A stretch of 64,000 nucleotides of DNA from a virus, in IMG/VR virus record IMGVR_UViG_3300033155_000498, positions 14,394-78,393 of that record. One strand, 5' to 3'. Made by a program: the position numbers and the translations under genes. Position 1 is the stretch's first letter; every line of letters begins with the position of its first letter. Shown here in pieces: positions 20,052-30,097 of this stretch. The notes under the pieces are model-generated. The model was not told where the DNA came from. It did not search any database and saw nothing but the letters and a program-made list of their open reading frames with translations.

Positions 20052-20383
20052 TTGGTGCCTCTAGATCCGTCAAATATACATATGAAATACAGTTCAATTC
20101 TTTCGCTGTTGAATACTTTATGGAATACGCCGTCTTCGATTGTTACTATATCGCCGGGCCTAACTGAGAATGTTTCATCGTCTAACTGCATCATACCTTC
20201 ACCTCGTACAAAGATATATACTTCTTCTTGTCCTTCGTGTTTGTGGCCGGTTGTGCATTGATTTGGGTGTAGCATTGTGCTACTTAAAACTAGATTATTA
20301 AGTTCGGTATTGTCTTGGACAATGTAAGTATCGTTATCTCTAACTAGCTCACCGCCAATGTTTAGTGTTGTGTGTTTTGCCAT
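20048..20383 (-). CDS. Cupin-domain protein
   Basis: GHKHEGQEEVY...GVFHKV; start MAKHTT with GGAGG. Confidence 0.85.
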   Translation of the reverse strand: MAKHTTLNIGGELVRDNDTYIVQDNTELNNLVLSSTMLHPNQCTTGHKHEGQEEVYIFVRGEGMMQLDDETFSVRPGDIVTIEDGVFHKVFNSERIELYFICIFDGSRGTK

Positions 20384-20404
20384 TAAAAAACCTCCGCATG
20401 GATA

Positions 20405-20433
20405 ATTATACAATTATTCACGTCGAAGGTCAA
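20405..20433 (-). promoter_or_regulatory. Sigma70-like early promoter
   Basis: TTGACC-17-TATAAT. Confidence 0.7.
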
Positions 20434-20448
20434 GTGGGTTTGGTTATA

Positions 20449-20781
20449 TTATAATTCTTCTTGGTGGCCTGGTTGCCAAATTTCTGAGGCTGTGCCGCCT
20501 GTTGTGTGTACTCTAATTGGGCCCGGTGCTTCACGGTGATAGTAGCGTGTCCAGGTAGTGTCGTAATCGTCATAACCTGTTCTTTCGGTATGATAATCTT
20601 TAGTCATCCAACCCAAAGCTTCTACATCACCCATTGTGTAAATCGGGTCTGATGCGCTTGAAGCATTGTGTACAGTCGGCATCATGCCAGCTTCAATTTC
20701 TGCTTTTAAACGTGCTTGACGTTTTTTGGTATCGTGCATGTCGCTGTCGACATCTTCTGTAATAAACTCTGATGATTTCAT
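20449..20781 (-). CDS. Putative internal head protein
   Basis: N-terminus MKSSEFITE resembles T4 capsid-targeting sequence; TAAATA-N5-ATG. Confidence 0.6.
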   Translation of the reverse strand: MKSSEFITEDVDSDMHDTKKRQARLKAEIEAGMMPTVHNASSASDPIYTMGDVEALGWMTKDYHTERTGYDDYDTTWTRYYHREAPGPIRVHTTGGTASEIWQPGHQEEL

Positions 20782-20792
20782 AACGTTATTTA

Positions 20793-21206
20793 TTAAAAAT
20801 CGTCGCTACCATCTCTGTGCAATGAACCTTCAATCCTGTGTAGATCGGATTTACCTGTAATAGCTGTTGACCATGTCTCATCGCTCTGCGGTTCGTCACT
20901 AACTAATATAATGTCATTAACATCAACTCGTCTAAGAACAAGTTCTTCATCTGCAATTACCAGCTTCATACCGCGTGTCCAGCGACCGTGTTCAACAAGT
21001 ACCCATTCGCCTACTTCAATATCCGTTTGCTCTGGTCCAATTGCAACTACTTCGCCCCAGCGAGGTTTAATTCCCTCGGACTTACCATCGTTGCCCGGTA
21101 CAATAATGCCGCCGTTTGTGATCCTTTCGTGGAACTCCATGCCTTTAACTAAGACATGGTCTTTAATTGCTTCTATACCGTTAGCTTTATAGGTTAATGA
21201 TGACAT
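20793..21206 (-). CDS. Divergent GroES-like co-chaperonin
   Basis: AIKDHVLV, TNGGIIVP, GEVVAIGP, IEVGEWVLV. Confidence 0.8.
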   Translation of the reverse strand: MSSLTYKANGIEAIKDHVLVKGMEFHERITNGGIIVPGNDGKSEGIKPRWGEVVAIGPEQTDIEVGEWVLVEHGRWTRGMKLVIADEELVLRRVDVNDIILVSDEPQSDETWSTAITGKSDLHRIEGSLHRDGSDDF

Positions 21207-21652
21207 TAAATTTTCTTAACACCGTCAACCGCACGTTCTTCTTCACGTGCTGACTGCTGTGGTTCTTGTTTAACTTCTCTCGCCTTTGCAATTGCGGCAG
21301 CTAGACCACCTGTTGGTGCTTCTTCAGCTTGTGTTTCTACTGGAGCAATAGTTGGTGCTTCGTCAAGTCCTACAATCTCTGTAGAGCCTTCATTACGTGC
21401 TGCAATGTCCTTGGCTGCTTTCTTGCTAGTAGCAACAGGTAAATCTCTTGCAACATTACCAATTTGCTTACGATAATTTTTGTTAACTTGTGCTGAACGT
21501 GTGGCTGTAGTCTTGTTAGTGTTATCAAGTACATCTCCGCGAGCATTAACATTCATATTGCCAACGGCACGAACAGTTTCGTTCTTTAATATTAGTTTCT
21601 GAAAATCAATTTCTTGCCCAGACGCTGATCTATAAATTTTGTTTCCTGCCAT
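21206..21652 (-). CDS. Hypothetical phage protein
   Basis: AVGNMNVNARGD motif; ORF in operon. Confidence 0.6.
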   Translation of the reverse strand: MAGNKIYRSASGQEIDFQKLILKNETVRAVGNMNVNARGDVLDNTNKTTATRSAQVNKNYRKQIGNVARDLPVATSKKAAKDIAARNEGSTEIVGLDEAPTIAPVETQAEEAPTGGLAAAIAKAREVKQEPQQSAREEERAVDGVKKI

Positions 21653-21681
21653 AATTTATTCCTCTAGTTATATACGCATAT

Positions 21682-22206
21682 TTAGCGTAAAAATTCCTTG
21701 GGATCAAGTTTATAAAACATACTATCAATCCTATGTACTTTTAATTTGTACAATACATAGCTTGATACACTAGATCCTCGTCCAACGCCCCAAACTACGT
21801 TATTCAATTCCATAATATCTACTAAGTATTTCATATAACGCAACAGGTCAAACAGATCCCGGTCCATGTACAATAATAGTTCTTCGCCGCATCTTTGCAA
21901 TTCTGCTTCGGTATCACACAAACTTAGAATATATTCAGCAATGTCCATCTCTTTATAGCTATCGGGCATGTACCATTGTTCTTGATTTTGCTTATCAAAA
22001 TCTTCTACAGATAAATCGTTTTCTAAATGAATAACCAGTGCTTCGTACCCGGCAGCTTTATTTGTGTTGCTGACATCTATTGTCTGCCCATCCTCTATTT
22101 GGAACGGTCCAGGACGATAAGCAGGGTCAGGATTTATGTCATGCATGAGTATATCAAACACTTCGGCTTGATCATAAATCATTTGTCCAAATTTATCTGT
22201 TTTCAT
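21682..22206 (-). CDS. Stand-alone DNA polymerase III alpha (DnaE) fragment
   Basis: R..EEL, YLVD, WGVGRGSSVSSYVLY (DnaE GxGRGS motif); only 174 aa. Confidence 0.75.
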   Translation of the reverse strand: MKTDKFGQMIYDQAEVFDILMHDINPDPAYRPGPFQIEDGQTIDVSNTNKAAGYEALVIHLENDLSVEDFDKQNQEQWYMPDSYKEMDIAEYILSLCDTEAELQRCGEELLLYMDRDLFDLLRYMKYLVDIMELNNVVWGVGRGSSVSSYVLYKLKVHRIDSMFYKLDPKEFLR

Positions 22207-22904
22207 TTTTTAGGTTTTTTAGGCTTCTTTGATTTCTTGCCTGTGAAGTCAGCTTTAATAACTGTGCCCGCACCTTCCTTAGGTGCTTTCAATGAAGATG
22301 GAAGAATAAATTTATCTTCCTCTTCATCTGTCTCTTCATCTGCTAGCCAACCTAAGTTTAACAGATCCCAAGTCAAAGGAAAAGGTTTAGCTTCTTCGAT
22401 TTCTTCTACATCTGTGCCCGCTGGATATGATGCGAAGCGCGGAGCAGGTGATGCCCACCATTTTGTATCATCTTCATCATTTACTAATTCATGTACTTCG
22501 TCATCTTCGTCAGCGGAATCCCAAACGTATGTAAGCAATCCGCCCACTGCGCTCGTAATTTCGGCGTCAGATATAACAAGCGTATCTTCTAAGATGACAT
22601 TCATCTTTGTAACTAGTGTAGCTAATATTATTGGATCAAATGGGCCTGGTGCAGGAACCGATAATACAGGCACTCCCATTTTCATAAATGACTTCATGGT
22701 TGCATGATCATTTTCTTGAACAAAAATACTACGTTGAACTGTCTCGTATATAAAATACGATATGCGTTCTACGCCGGTATTCTGATCTTTCATTGCATCA
22801 CCTAAGGTGTAGAAATCTATTATTAACGAATATTTGTTAAAATACAACTCACCATCTAAGTATATGCCTGCCATAAAATCATATTGGTTCTTCATTCTTG
22901 CCAT
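22203..22904 (-). CDS. Hypothetical protein
   Basis: ORF; ATGA-coupled to the DnaE fragment. Confidence 0.6.
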   Translation of the reverse strand: MARMKNQYDFMAGIYLDGELYFNKYSLIIDFYTLGDAMKDQNTGVERISYFIYETVQRSIFVQENDHATMKSFMKMGVPVLSVPAPGPFDPIILATLVTKMNVILEDTLVISDAEITSAVGGLLTYVWDSADEDDEVHELVNDEDDTKWWASPAPRFASYPAGTDVEEIEEAKPFPLTWDLLNLGWLADEETDEEEDKFILPSSLKAPKEGAGTVIKADFTGKKSKKPKKPKK

Positions 22905-22919
22905 CTAAACTAAATTCCT

Positions 22920-23393
22920 CTAATGTAACTCTACTACAATACCCACGCTGACAGTTTCCTTAAACATAGCATAAACATTGAAGTGAGTGTCAGGCTGCCC
23001 ATCAAATATAACAAAAGATCTATATTCCACGGGCTTGAGATTCGTTAATGCATTTGGACTAAGCGGTACTATAGCATTGTTTATTCTGTCACGAAGTGCT
23101 TGATTTGAGGTGTAATCCCTAATCATATTTTGCATATCATCTTTGCGACTGTGCTTAGTTACAAATAACAATGCATCTGGGTGTTCGCATAATAATTGAA
23201 GAGCTGCTGTAGAATGTCCCGACCGCCTTGGTAGAAATATTCTTACTGTACCAAAATCTTCACGGAATGCCCGTCTTGGCATATTGCGCTTCATGCTTAC
23301 AATTTGCGGTGCCTTTAGATTCTCTAGTGCTTGCATACATAAATCAACTATCAACTGTGAGTTGACTTTCGCTGCGGTATCATCAACTATCAT
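22920..23393 (-). CDS. Hypothetical protein with degenerate P-loop-like motif
   Basis: LPRRSGHST and VIFD. Confidence 0.4.
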   Translation of the reverse strand: MIVDDTAAKVNSQLIVDLCMQALENLKAPQIVSMKRNMPRRAFREDFGTVRIFLPRRSGHSTAALQLLCEHPDALLFVTKHSRKDDMQNMIRDYTSNQALRDRINNAIVPLSPNALTNLKPVEYRSFVIFDGQPDTHFNVYAMFKETVSVGIVVELH

Positions 23394-23632
23394 GAAATAT
23401 CAATCTTCTCGTCTAAATCCGGACCATCTTTATTGCCATACATTTCTTCAAGCACCTCATATTGTGCCCTTCTATAAACTTCAATCACCATTTCAAGCTG
23501 ATTGATGAGAGATTGATTGCCTGTCCTGTACACAAATGTAATTCGTTTTTGGAGATCCATAATCTTTGCTTGAATCTCTTCAAGGTTTAAATCATTCTTT
23601 ATTTGATGTATATCTACGCCTGGGTGTTCCAT
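23390..23632 (-). CDS. Hypothetical protein
   Basis: ORF; TAAGTA-N5-ATG. Confidence 0.55.
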   Translation of the reverse strand: MEHPGVDIHQIKNDLNLEEIQAKIMDLQKRITFVYRTGNQSLINQLEMVIEVYRRAQYEVLEEMYGNKDGPDLDEKIDIS

Positions 23633-23644
23633 AATAGTACTTAG

Positions 23645-24055
23645 TTATAGATCGCCTTCTGCACGATTTTCTGATTCCTCAACTGTAAAGCCTTCCTTAT
23701 AACGACCGTCTAGCTTATCTCTGTTCATTTCGATAATTTCATCACCTGTAATGCCCAGTGCCACACATGCAACCATAACGTAAAACATTAAATCACCAAG
23801 CTCTTTTTGTAGATGGAGTTTGTTGGCTAGATCAAGTGGTTTGCCCTGAAAGATCATTTTCTTAACAATCTCATCAAACTCTCCTGCTTCCGCAGTAAGG
23901 CCAACTGCCGCTGTAAGTAACTCCGGAATTTGCACTCCGATACCATCGCCATCTTCTTTAAGAGCTACTAAGCTCTCAATCATTGTATCAAAGTCTTTAC
24001 TTTGCTTTGATAGTTTGCTTTGCACAAACATTTCGTAATCTTGTAAATCTGCCAT
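23645..24055 (-). CDS. mazG: MazG-like NTP pyrophosphohydrolase
   Basis: GLTAEAGEFDEIVKK, KELGDLMFY, NRDKL..RY. Confidence 0.9.
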   Translation of the reverse strand: MADLQDYEMFVQSKLSKQSKDFDTMIESLVALKEDGDGIGVQIPELLTAAVGLTAEAGEFDEIVKKMIFQGKPLDLANKLHLQKELGDLMFYVMVACVALGITGDEIIEMNRDKLDGRYKEGFTVEESENRAEGDL

Positions 24056-24432
24056 TATTCCTCCTCAGGAAACCATACGTTCATAGCTGCTTCAATAACA
24101 GCTTCGTTTAAATTTATTCTATGTGCAATTGCCGGCTCCGTTTCCGGACCTGGAATGTATCGGTAAATGAAGTATTCCCCTACACCATCATCGTAGAATA
24201 GTTTACAATCAACATCAGCAATTATTACATCTAGAAGTTTATGATTCTGGTCAAGTCTGTTGAGCGGATCCCACTGTACTGCGGGGTTATTGGATAACAT
24301 TACCTTGCCGTCGATAATTTCTACATCACAGGCACAATGCTTGGCAAATGTTACAAGCTGGATAGGGGTAGGTTCCCTAAGCTTCAACATCTCATTCCAA
24401 TCATCTATTTGTTCTTGGGTCATTTCTCGCAT
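24055..24432 (-). CDS. Hypothetical protein
   Basis: ORF behind TTGATT-17-TATACT promoter (24464-24492). Confidence 0.55.
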   Translation of the reverse strand: MREMTQEQIDDWNEMLKLREPTPIQLVTFAKHCACDVEIIDGKVMLSNNPAVQWDPLNRLDQNHKLLDVIIADVDCKLFYDDGVGEYFIYRYIPGPETEPAIAHRINLNEAVIEAAMNVWFPEEE

Positions 24433-24501
24433 GACTATCTCCACAATCGTTAGTTATGGTAGTAGTATAAACGAATCTTAGTGGAAAATCAAGCTATTCG
24501 G

Positions 24502-24804
24502 TTACCAAGTAGCGGCTGCTGTACGAACCCAAATATTAGCAATGCCATCATATTCGGCTGTACAAAGATACATATATGTTCCATCGTATGCAAGCTGACC
24601 TGGGAGATCACCTATTGCACCAATAGTGGTGGGCGGCACTGCAACTAAATTTTGTTTATCTTGTAACGCTTCGATTTCCGTCTTTGCTGCTTCAAAGTTA
24701 GTATTGATGTTCGTGAAATTATCACGAAATCCTTGACTGTCGTTGTCTTGTCCTGCAATTGGAAAATCTGTGTCGATATTAGTTGTGTTTATAGTGCTAG
24801 CCAT
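24502..24804 (-). CDS. Virion structural protein
   Basis: FPIAGQDNDSQGFRDNF; C-terminal module shared with 27201 and 28102 ORFs. Confidence 0.6.
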   Translation of the reverse strand: MASTINTTNIDTDFPIAGQDNDSQGFRDNFTNINTNFEAAKTEIEALQDKQNLVAVPPTTIGAIGDLPGQLAYDGTYMYLCTAEYDGIANIWVRTAAATW

Positions 24805-24836
24805 ATTATTTTAATCCTTAGTAACTGTATTTATTG

Positions 24837-27188
24837 TTATTGTTCGTTATTTATTATTAATGTCTTAGGGAACTTAACATATTGGTTATTCGTGTCAGTG
24901 CTGTCGTATACATCCACTGGTGATATAAATCGACAACTGCCACCATCAAACACTGTTTCAAGTTCGATGCCGTCGTCCCTATTAAACGTTGTCTGAACAC
25001 CGCGTTTCCATATATTAGAGTCCGATACTAACATCTCTGAATCAGCTGTTAAATTCACTGAATCAGCTGTAATACCCCAGTACTGCGACAACTTAGAATC
25101 TAATATGTATCTATCTATTTCAAAATCTATTAAGTTAAGTTGTGTTCCAAAGAACTCTGTAATGTTGTATTGTAATAATTTTGATTTGCTTGGTATAGTG
25201 TAAGCAATAACCCAAGCAGGTGTGAATCCTAGTACCTCACCGTCTTCTTGCTTTGAGAGCATCCATCGAGGTAATAATTTTGATTGTTGACCTATCTGAT
25301 CGACAATCTCTTCGCGCATATTTTCTAAGCTATTTGGATACACTGTATTTGTTAGTACGCCATCATCAATTGCTGGATACTTAATATTAACTTCCGGTGG
25401 AATACTTTCACCTGTGCTGCTAACAAGGTTATCAATAATCTGACTATAAACAACTTCATACAATATGTTATCATTATCGTCTAACGCCCTAGCTGTTTTA
25501 AACTCACCAAGTACTACTTGCCTATTATAATGGTTTAATTCTAATGCTGCAAAGTAATCTTCAAGTGTTGCTGGTGTTAGCCCAAATGCATGTTGGTATA
25601 TAACTTTCTTAGCTGATCCAAAATTTGGATCGTCAGCTCTATATAAAATAGCCGGATCAATAATTTGATTTAATAATAAACTATCCAACAACTCTCTATC
25701 TGCTAGTGGCGGCATAGCCTTACAATATATTGTATTGTGAGGTCCATTAAACCTCTTGTTAACTAAAATTGTAAATTCTTTAGTAACCGACACAATGCCA
25801 TTTGAGCTGTAAGCTTCAATTGTAAATGTATATGTTGAATCGAATGTAGTAGGGGTCACCTCTAATCTAGTGCTGAACTCTTCGTCAAACGTTGTGGTAT
25901 CACCATCCAAACTAAATGTCTTAAAACTAACCTGACCTACGATGTTACCGCTTGGTAACAATTTCAACCCTTGTGGTAACTTACTGTTTAGTCCACCTTC
26001 TTTAAATCTGTAGCTTAATATTGAATCTGTGTGTTCTGCTTCAACATATAATGTACTAATAGCACCGTTATTAATTGTGCCCAGTACTGGATCTGTTAAC
26101 CATAAAACATTTGTATCTATGTCGCCAACTAATGTCATTGACGTTAGATATAACACTGATTCAATTAATGGATCAACTGCTTTAAATACCTTAACACCAA
26201 AGTTATATTCTACTTCAGTTAATCCAACAGCTGGTAAGTTACCAGACAACCAGCCGGTAATAGGATCTAATGTAAGACCAGGTGGTAAACTTCCAGACGC
26301 AATATAGTATTGAACTTGGTCACCGTTTGGATCTTCGCCATTGAACTTATGTGCAAAATAGTTATCATGTCTGAAACGGCCTAAATCGGATACGTTGTTA
26401 GTAATGTAAGGTGAGCGTACTGCAATACTATCTGCTGTAATATTAATATGGTCTGCTGTAAATTCAATAGTGTCAGCCGTCATACTATTTCGACTGTATA
26501 TGAATATTTCAAATGTTCGCATGACGATATCTTTACCGTCTGTTACTTGTAATGTAAATTGAAGATTCTGACTAATGGAAGTAGTGCTAAAATCATATGG
26601 GAACTCATCGAACCCTGTGTCGTCCACATCAAACCCTGGTACTGCACCACCTATGCCAATAAGTGGTGTTGCAAATCCGCTTAGGAGACCGTCAGTTGTA
26701 AGTGTTAATCCTTCTGGCAGTGAGCCAGACACCAATGAAATTTCAATTTCGTCTGCTGGATCTATATCTACTGCTTCAAACTGAAAAGATACTTCACCAC
26801 CGTCAAACCATTTACCAATTAGGCCGCCGGGTGTAATCCATTCTGGTTTATCTTGACCGGTAACTGTAAGGGTGAATGTTCTATCCGCAATGCGGTCGGG
26901 GTCATCAAAATCTGTAACACGTATCGCAAATTTGGACGTTGTGTTCTCTGCTACGTCAGTTGGCACACCTTTAAAGTCTGCTACCGAAACTGGGATACCT
27001 TCGATAGTACCGTTTGTGCTTACTTGCACACCGGCAGGAAGTTCACCTGCTATAACTGAATAAGTTACTTTAGTTGGATCGCCAGGCCAGTCGGGATCAA
27101 ATGCTTCTAGGAATATCCTATAGAACCTTCCCTCGGGTACAACCCCTAAACTACCGGGCTCTGTTATCCAAATTGGTGCCTGCGACAT
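24837..27188 (-). CDS. Ig-like repeat (He_PIG-type) virion/baseplate protein
   Basis: Repeated GxLPxGLTL..GxLSG and P.WIT..G.LG units. Confidence 0.7.
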   Translation of the reverse strand: MSQAPIWITEPGSLGVVPEGRFYRIFLEAFDPDWPGDPTKVTYSVIAGELPAGVQVSTNGTIEGIPVSVADFKGVPTDVAENTTSKFAIRVTDFDDPDRIADRTFTLTVTGQDKPEWITPGGLIGKWFDGGEVSFQFEAVDIDPADEIEISLVSGSLPEGLTLTTDGLLSGFATPLIGIGGAVPGFDVDDTGFDEFPYDFSTTSISQNLQFTLQVTDGKDIVMRTFEIFIYSRNSMTADTIEFTADHINITADSIAVRSPYITNNVSDLGRFRHDNYFAHKFNGEDPNGDQVQYYIASGSLPPGLTLDPITGWLSGNLPAVGLTEVEYNFGVKVFKAVDPLIESVLYLTSMTLVGDIDTNVLWLTDPVLGTINNGAISTLYVEAEHTDSILSYRFKEGGLNSKLPQGLKLLPSGNIVGQVSFKTFSLDGDTTTFDEEFSTRLEVTPTTFDSTYTFTIEAYSSNGIVSVTKEFTILVNKRFNGPHNTIYCKAMPPLADRELLDSLLLNQIIDPAILYRADDPNFGSAKKVIYQHAFGLTPATLEDYFAALELNHYNRQVVLGEFKTARALDDNDNILYEVVYSQIIDNLVSSTGESIPPEVNIKYPAIDDGVLTNTVYPNSLENMREEIVDQIGQQSKLLPRWMLSKQEDGEVLGFTPAWVIAYTIPSKSKLLQYNITEFFGTQLNLIDFEIDRYILDSKLSQYWGITADSVNLTADSEMLVSDSNIWKRGVQTTFNRDDGIELETVFDGGSCRFISPVDVYDSTDTNNQYVKFPKTLIINNEQ

Positions 27189-27200
27189 TAATTATCTTCC

Positions 27201-28091
27201 TTAAATTTTCTTCCATTCATCGCCAGTCCAAACTAATCCAAAGTTATCATTGTTTGAAGTAACAACTAACGGGCCAGCTGATCCATTAATTGTCATACTA
27301 GCATCACCAATTGATATATTGTTTGCTGTAAACGAAGCTTCCTGGTCAGCAATATAAAAGTGATCGCCTTGTGTAAACGGACCAATTAAATTTATAGTGA
27401 AACTACCACCCGACGTATTAATAAGATACTTCCCACCGTTTAGTGCTGTAAAGTTTGCACTCTTTGAAACATATCTTGCGTCTGCTGGTGCATAGTCTGC
27501 ATCGTGATTATGTGATGTAGTAGAATACGTTCCGAGGTCGCTTATCTGACTCTCAGTTAACGATAAAGATGCTTGAAATTGTGTTACGTTAGTTTCTGCA
27601 AAACGAGCATCATCAAACGTACCGCTTATAATATGACTTGTATCGTGGTCATGAATAATTGGTGAATACGTTAAATCGTGATCGTGTGCTGTAGTAGAAT
27701 ACGCTCCGAGATCGCTAATTTGCGATTCGGTAATAACAATAGTTGCTTGATCATAATGCACATCTGTATCTGCAATATGCGTGTCAATTGCGGCATGATC
27801 GTTAGTACCGATATTGCTGAGCAATAAGTGATCTGCGCTTAATGTCCAAATATCAGTTACACCATCATAGTCTGCTGAGCAGACATATACTGTGCCATTA
27901 TCCATAGCAATCATACCAGCAATATCGCCTGTAGCACCTTTAAGTGTTGGGGGCGGAGTAGTTCTAACTACTGATGCAGTACCATTGTAAACTTCATCAA
28001 AATTATCATTAATTTTAGTGCCAGTGACTCGCAATGTGTCGCCGGTGCTGTCGTTTGGTTTTATACCAATATTGATTGTTTGTTTTGACAT
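27201..28091 (-). CDS. Baseplate wedge/fibre protein (T4 gp9/gp10-like N-terminus)
   Basis: QTINIGIKPNDSTGDTLR..GTKINDNFDEVY; His-rich ITESQISDL repeats. Confidence 0.7.
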   Translation of the reverse strand: MSKQTINIGIKPNDSTGDTLRVTGTKINDNFDEVYNGTASVVRTTPPPTLKGATGDIAGMIAMDNGTVYVCSADYDGVTDIWTLSADHLLLSNIGTNDHAAIDTHIADTDVHYDQATIVITESQISDLGAYSTTAHDHDLTYSPIIHDHDTSHIISGTFDDARFAETNVTQFQASLSLTESQISDLGTYSTTSHNHDADYAPADARYVSKSANFTALNGGKYLINTSGGSFTINLIGPFTQGDHFYIADQEASFTANNISIGDASMTINGSAGPLVVTSNNDNFGLVWTGDEWKKI

Positions 28092-28101
28092 TGGCTACAC
28101 C

Positions 28102-28377
28102 TTAAACCCAAGTAGCGGCTGCGGCTCTAGTCCAAATGTCTGTAATACCATCGTAGTCTATTGTGCAAACATAGATATAGCTTGCATCAAACGCAACCAT
28201 CCCAGCGACATCGCCAGTAGCACCAATAGATGCGGCTGGAGCCGTTGGACGCGCAACAGGTACAAGACCTGTGTAAGATTCGGTGGTGTTATCGTTTATT
28301 TTATCAAAAGCGTCACGAAGTTGATCGCCTGTGCCATCATTCGCTACTGCTCCGATATTAATTAATTGTTGAGACAT
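28102..28377 (-). CDS. Small gp9/gp10-like structural protein
   Basis: INIGAVANDGTGDQLRDAFDKINDN. Confidence 0.7.
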   Translation of the reverse strand: MSQQLINIGAVANDGTGDQLRDAFDKINDNTTESYTGLVPVARPTAPAASIGATGDVAGMVAFDASYIYVCTIDYDGITDIWTRAAAATWV

Positions 28378-28430
28378 ATACTGTTCCTCTGTAAGTTACA
28401 GTATATTTATCAACTTAGGAGGGTGTCTAA

Positions 28431-28727
28431 CTAAACAAGAATTCCTATGATCTCTTCTTCGTTTAAAATTAGCAGATCTTCATTATCGACATTAATTTCT
28501 TGTCCAACATATTGTCCAAATAGTACTTTATCACCTACTGTCACACCCATTGGCTGGATGTCACCGTTTGGTAGGGTTTTGCCACTTCCGATTGCAAGTA
28601 CAATACCTTCGTGTGGTTTCTCTGCTACGGCGCCCGGAATTACAATTCCACCCGCGGATGTTGTTTCTGCTTCTAACTGGCGTACAACGACGCGGTCGTG
28701 TAAGGGACGGATTCCTATTTCGCTCAT
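28431..28727 (-). CDS. groES: Co-chaperonin GroES (host-like)
   Basis: IRPLHDRVVV, TSAGGIVIPG, VGDKVLFGQY. Confidence 0.95.
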   Translation of the reverse strand: MSEIGIRPLHDRVVVRQLEAETTSAGGIVIPGAVAEKPHEGIVLAIGSGKTLPNGDIQPMGVTVGDKVLFGQYVGQEINVDNEDLLILNEEEIIGILV

Positions 28728-28748
28728 GTGTTTTTCCTATTTTAATTC

Positions 28749-29024
28749 TTATCCTAGAGCTATAAAAAAGCCTACGATGTTAATAACTACAAAATATGCA
28801 GTTAACACAATAGTCCATACCATCTCTCTACGATAATAAGCATACAGACCTGTCGCTGCCCCAACTAAAAACAGTGGGTAAACGATAAGCATGTTTGGAT
28901 CTTTTGCTGTAAGTGCTAATACTAATGAACCAGCAACTGTAAATAACATGCCAACCATTTCAAACATAAATGCGGTACGGTCATGTTCCCAGCTTCGCAC
29001 TAATGCGTTTTTTATTCGTTCCAT
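28749..29024 (-). CDS. Small membrane protein
   Basis: About 3 TM; TAAATA-N5-ATG. Confidence 0.6.
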   Translation of the reverse strand: MERIKNALVRSWEHDRTAFMFEMVGMLFTVAGSLVLALTAKDPNMLIVYPLFLVGAATGLYAYYRREMVWTIVLTAYFVVINIVGFFIALG

Positions 29025-29046
29025 ATATTTATTTACTGCTGGCGGG

Positions 29047-29376
29047 CTAATGTATCTTTCTGTCCGAATCTAAATCGCTGGAATCAGCAAAATCATCGGA
29101 ATCAACTAGTTCATCTAATTCGTCTAATTCATCTAACCCTTCGTCGTATTGCCGAACACGCTCTCTTTCTGCATCTTTAAAAGCTAGGTATTCAGTAATC
29201 CAGTCTGGGTCATCAAATAAAAACCCGGTTGTTTTGTCTCCGGGAAAATTGTCTGGTACCCCAAACAACCGTAATACATCGCCAAGTGCAACTTCTTCAA
29301 CCATTCCACTTTCGTAGAGTGCTGATAAAATTCTTAATATGGCGATGCGTACGGTTGGTTCGAGATTGTCAAGCAT
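29047..29376 (-). CDS. Hypothetical acidic protein
   Basis: ORF. Confidence 0.55.
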   Translation of the reverse strand: MLDNLEPTVRIAILRILSALYESGMVEEVALGDVLRLFGVPDNFPGDKTTGFLFDDPDWITEYLAFKDAERERVRQYDEGLDELDELDELVDSDDFADSSDLDSDRKIH

Positions 29377-29763
29377 TTACTCTGTTGCTTCAACTTCGCT
29401 ATTTGCTTCCACAAACTTTTCGACGCGTGGGTCAGTTGGTGCTTTGTCAGCAATGCGGGTTTTGACATTCTTAGTCAAAGTGGTCTTCATGTTTGCACGT
29501 TTTGAAGCTTTGCTCTTTTCAGCAATCTTAACTTCAAGAATTTCTTTTTGTGCGCCATCCAGGCCGTCTTTGTTGTCCAAGAAATACTGAGCTGCGTCAA
29601 GTTTTGTCATACCTTTAGACAGTTCAATAAGGTCAATGCCAGTACAGCCGGCCTTGTTCAAAATCTTGATGCGCGAAACAAGATCGTTCGCCCAACGGAC
29701 TTTGATAGTGCCGTTTGCATTAACCGCAGTACCTACGATTGTAAAAGTTTTCTCTTTACTCAT
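29377..29763 (-). CDS. Hypothetical phage protein
   Basis: KVRWANDL..RIKIL.K.G motif; strong SD GGAGG. Confidence 0.6.
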   Translation of the reverse strand: MSKEKTFTIVGTAVNANGTIKVRWANDLVSRIKILNKAGCTGIDLIELSKGMTKLDAAQYFLDNKDGLDGAQKEILEVKIAEKSKASKRANMKTTLTKNVKTRIADKAPTDPRVEKFVEANSEVEATE

Positions 29764-29801
29764 GTTTTAATCCTCCTCAGGATTGTTGTTTTAGGTTAGG
29801 T

Positions 29802-30020
29802 TTAGTTTAGCCGTTCAAGATTGGCTAGGTTGGAAGATTCCATGCAGTGTTTAAAATCAGACTTTCCATCAATTACATCAATAATTGATTCAAGGTGCTC
29901 GCACATATCATCAACTGATAATATTGCATCGCTTTCCCAAACATTGCCAACGAGTGTTAATGCACGTTCTACTTCAGCAGTTTGGATTTCATCTGTACGC
30001 TTGTTTGTCTGAGTATTCAT
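29802..30020 (-). CDS. Hypothetical protein
   Basis: ORF behind TTGACC-17-TATAAT (30051-30079). Confidence 0.5.
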   Translation of the reverse strand: MNTQTNKRTDEIQTAEVERALTLVGNVWESDAILSVDDMCEHLESIIDVIDGKSDFKHCMESSNLANLERLN

Positions 30021-30097
30021 TATATCCTCTCCAACCATTTTGCAGCGTTAATTATATTAGTTTGTTTAGGGTAGGTCAACCGATATTTGGTATCAAT

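Noticed and set aside
24502-28377. Diversity-generating retroelement acting on fibre genes
   Set aside because: No reverse transcriptase in the window and no adenine-specific template/variable repeat pair seen
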